64,000 bases of DNA from Adineta vaga (taxonomy: Eukaryota; Animalia; Rotifera): contig CP075492.1 in assembly GCA_021613535.1 (NCBI GenBank), positions 11,284,001-11,348,000 on the forward strand, written 5' to 3'. Numbering within the stretch: the first letter of the stretch is position 1; each line of letters begins with the position of its first letter. Of the stretch, positions 61,746-64,000 are shown in pieces. The position numbers were made by a program, and so were the translations under genes. The notes beneath the pieces are model-generated. The model was given only the letters and a program-made list of their open reading frames with translations, did not search any database and was not told the DNA's origin.

Positions 61746-63969
61746 TTAAGCATGATGCCGCATGACTACAGATTGTTGCTGTTCGATGTTCTTTAAACTA
61801 AGACCAACATCTTTCCAGACTTGTGTTAATGCTTCAACTAATTGATCGATCATTTCACTGGTATGATATGGCGTTGCAGCAATACGTAAACGTTCAGTTC
61901 CACGTTCAACCGTTGGATAATTAATTGATTGAATATAAATTGAATATCGATCAAGTAAATGATTACATAAAAGTGTAGCTAATGCCGCATTTCCGACCTA
62001 GAAAGAAGAAAAAAAACAATCAAATTCATTGAGATATTTCAATTGAGAATCAGTAGTAGGTTATCATACATGAATTGGAATGATGTGACTTGGTGACATC
62101 ATTACTGGAAGACCAGCATCAATTAATTTCGATCGTAATTCACGAACATTTTCTTGTTGTTTAGATCGTAATAATCGACCTTCATCACTCATTGAAATCT
62201 ATAATAAATCGATATTTTTTCTTTGTTATCTATTATCATTCCGTTCATACTTCAATTGCAGCTAAAGAACTAGCTAAAACCGTAGGTGGCATGGATGTTG
62301 TAAAAATAAAACCTGAACCATAACTGCGAATAAAATCTGTCATTTTCTCATCACCAGCAATATAACCACCAATACTACCAAATGCTTTACCTAAGAAAGA
62401 AAACAAAAAAAATTTCTTTCTAAAATACAAGAAGATCTACATACCAAGTGTACCAGTGATGATATCCATTTTGTGTAGAAGATGATCACGTTCACCAATA
62501 CCCGCACCATTATGACCATATAAACCAACAGCATGGACTTCATCAATGAATGTAATTGACCCATATGCATGTGCAACATCAAGCATAGCTTCCAAATTAC
62601 AAATTGAACCTAATGGAATACAAACGAGTGTTTTCTTCTTTCTCTTTTTCTATACAAAATTTTCATTCATACCATCCATTGAATGAACTGTTTCAAATGC
62701 GACAATTTTCGGCAAATGTCGTGGAATTTTCTTTAATAATGCGTCCAAATGTTCGACATTATTGTGTCGAAAGATATGTTTTGGTACTTGACTATTTCGT
62801 ATACCTTGAATCATCGATGCATGATTTCCACTATCCGATAGAATATGACAGTTAGGTAAACTTTTTGCTAATGTAAACAATGTTGTATCATTAGCGACAT
62901 AACATGATGTAAATAACAAAGCGGATTCTTTTTGATGAAGACGAGCTATTTGTTGTTCAAGTTTTTCATGTAATGGACTGGTGCCTGATATATTACGTGT
63001 ACCACCGGAACCGGAACCATGTGCAGTAACTGCATCACTAATAGGAACAGGAATAAAATTATTACTTGGAAATAATTTTAATGGAAAAGTAGAACTATTT
63101 CCTTTCGATGCATGAAAAGGTTTTTCATTACATTTATCAAAGGGAAAAAAACAAAGATTTTCCTATTTTGTCTTTCACACGATAGAACTTTCAAGAAGGT
63201 ACTTACATGACGGATTGTTTCAATTTTGGATGTTGACCTAAACCTAAATAATCATTACTACACCAAACGGTTATTGTACGAGCATCGATATCATCATCTA
63301 AATTTTTCTTCTCTACAGCTTGCGGAAATTGACCACTTTTTCGTTGTACACGTTTGAAAATTCGATACGAGTTATCACGTTTTTTTGCTTCGATTTTTTC
63401 ATCAAAAAATGTATTGTATTCAAATGAATCTTTCGTATCAACAACCATGGGACGTGTTGTTGTTTTTCCTATAAAATATGTGAGAATAATTCGAACAAAA
63501 AAACGAAGAATTTACCTTGTGTACGATTCACTTCAATAATATCTTGATCCATAGTTAATCGACGAAGAGCAATGGGTGTTGTTTTCAAAAATGGACATAA
63601 AAGATCTGTACATTCAGTAGAAATAATAACTGCAAACAAAACAAATTATAAGAGAAATTTTGAAAGGAGAACACAAGTTTTATTCATACTTTCACCGTAT
63701 GGACCTGATGTCGTTGGTAATTTAATTTTTGATGTTCGTTTTTGTTCAGCAAATTTTTTATGAATAGTTTTGATTTCATCGAAACTAGGTGGTGGAGGTG
63801 ATGAAACATGCATTGATGTTACCTTATTCATCGTAATTGTCGACATTCGTCGTGCTAATTGACCAAAGATTGGACATGATTCCGCACCAGCACTGAGAAT
63901 ATACGGTGCTGATGTTCGAACCTGTTGTAACGTTAATTGAGCCAAATATGGACATTTTAAAACGGACAT
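61746..63969 (-). CDS. ALAS: 5-aminolevulinate synthase, mitochondrial
   Basis: [56 protein letters not shown]; N-terminal CP motifs. Confidence 0.97.
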
Positions 63970-64000
63970 TGCTTGATTCGTGTGACTGAGGAGAAAGAAA

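Noticed and set aside
63970-64000. Possible iron-responsive element in the ALAS 5' UTR
   Set aside because: The minus strand has CAGTCA, not the CAGUGN loop, with no supporting stem; it looks more like an initiator. The window also ends here.

Overview
AT-rich, gene-dense eukaryotic (metazoan) DNA with many short (~50-70 nt) GT-AG introns mixed with intronless bacterial-looking genes. This combination suggests a bdelloid rotifer (inference only). About 26 genes or gene remnants are supportable. In order: an SH2-like tyrosine kinase, two RimI-type GNATs flanking a deleted Tc1-type transposon, an SLC6 transporter, SMAP, NLK, a beta-flower-like repeat protein next to an ADP-ribosylglycohydrolase, GMDS, PLEKHF2, a BTB protein, a retinoic acid receptor (RAR/NR1B), a multi-PLAT protein, a compact ARID1/Osa and two GPCR-like genes. 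A ~25 kb all-minus-strand block follows (SPCS2, PCNA, ZDHHC, BCKDK, MCM4, two ACSF2 copies, AMPD, ALAS). The best leads are three. (1) A perfect DR5 retinoic-acid response element lies just upstream of the RAR gene, suggesting autoregulation; the receptor also has an 8-nt P-box micro-exon and a remodelled ligand pocket. (2) The PCNA>SPCS2 and ORF>MCM4 junctions are operon-like. (3) There are candidate horizontally acquired genes. Exon boundaries were read by eye and outer coordinates may be off by a few bases.
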